From: Octopus vulgaris
Taxonomy: Eukaryota
Length of the DNA stretch: 64,000 nucleotides
Assembly: GCA_951406725.2 (NCBI GenBank)
Contig: OX597822.1
Location: 94,984,001-95,048,000, forward strand
Reading direction: 5' to 3'
Shown here: piece by piece, positions 63,783 through 64,000 of the stretch
How positions within the stretch are numbered: position 1 is the first letter of the stretch
Layout: the number at the start of each line of letters is the position of its first letter
Notes under the pieces: generated by a model
What the model saw: the letters and a program-made list of their open reading frames with translations, nothing else
The model's database searches: none
Told to the model about the DNA's origin: nothing
Position numbers and translations under genes: made by a program

Positions 63783-64000
63783 GCAGCCGATGCATTGCCC
63801 GGATGCATATGTAACCGGAGTCCAAAGCGTGTCTTGTGTCCTGTGTGTGGTTACAACATTCAAGGCCGAGTGAGGCAGACCTGTGCCTGGCATCCAAATG
63901 TTGTCCACTTGATGGACTTGGGAGCATGTCCGAACTGTAAAGCCAATTGTCTGCGTGAAATAGAACCACATCGTAAAAACAGGAATACAGCCTCACAGCA
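63783..64000 (+). CDS. Coding exon (phase 0, runs off the window) of a small Cys-rich putative zinc-binding protein, Drosophila CG13380-like
   Basis: Branch-like CTAAT at ~63729, long polypyrimidine tract, AG at 63781-63782. Then an open frame to the window end: AADALPGCICNRSPKRVLCPVCGYNIQGRVRQTCAWHPNVVHLMDLGACPNCKANCLREIEPHRKNRNTASQ. The CxCxR..CxxCG..GRVR..CxxHP..MD..CPxC pattern matches the CG13380 family as I recall it. The ORF track misses it because it has no ATG. Confidence 0.8.

Noticed and set aside
63658-63996. Minus-strand ORFs at the window end
   Set aside because: Antisense shadows of the plus-strand exon, which has the splice signals and the Cys pattern.

Overview
AT-rich eukaryotic DNA dominated by SINEs, MITEs and microsatellites. 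The repeat repertoire and a mollusc-type 5S sequence suggest an octopus or other coleoid cephalopod (inference). Nearly all ORFs in the supplied track are chance translations of repeats. The only convincing host coding sequence is a spliced, Cys-rich exon from 63783 to the window end (CG13380-like). A phase-compatible candidate first exon at 5939-6049 would make most of the window one ~57.7 kb intron. The rest consists of five SINE families (my labels A-E), piggyBac-type TTAA MITEs, MITEs with 8-bp TSDs, non-autonomous Helitrons, a 5'-truncated Penelope-like element with a degenerate hammerhead, CR1/RTE/Merlin/Sola2-like/DIRS-like fossils, tandem duplications, long fold-backs and a 47-bp satellite. 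Most interesting are two chimeric retrocopies in which a Pol III transcript is fused 5' of the same LINE-type 3' tail used by SINE-B: a 5S rRNA at 48.3-48.5 kb and an unspliced, intron-containing pre-tRNA-Lys(UUU) at 53.15 kb. Also notable are clustered fold-back/template-switch rearrangements at 23-24 kb and 30-31 kb. All family assignments are by eye, without database searches, and repeat boundaries are approximate.
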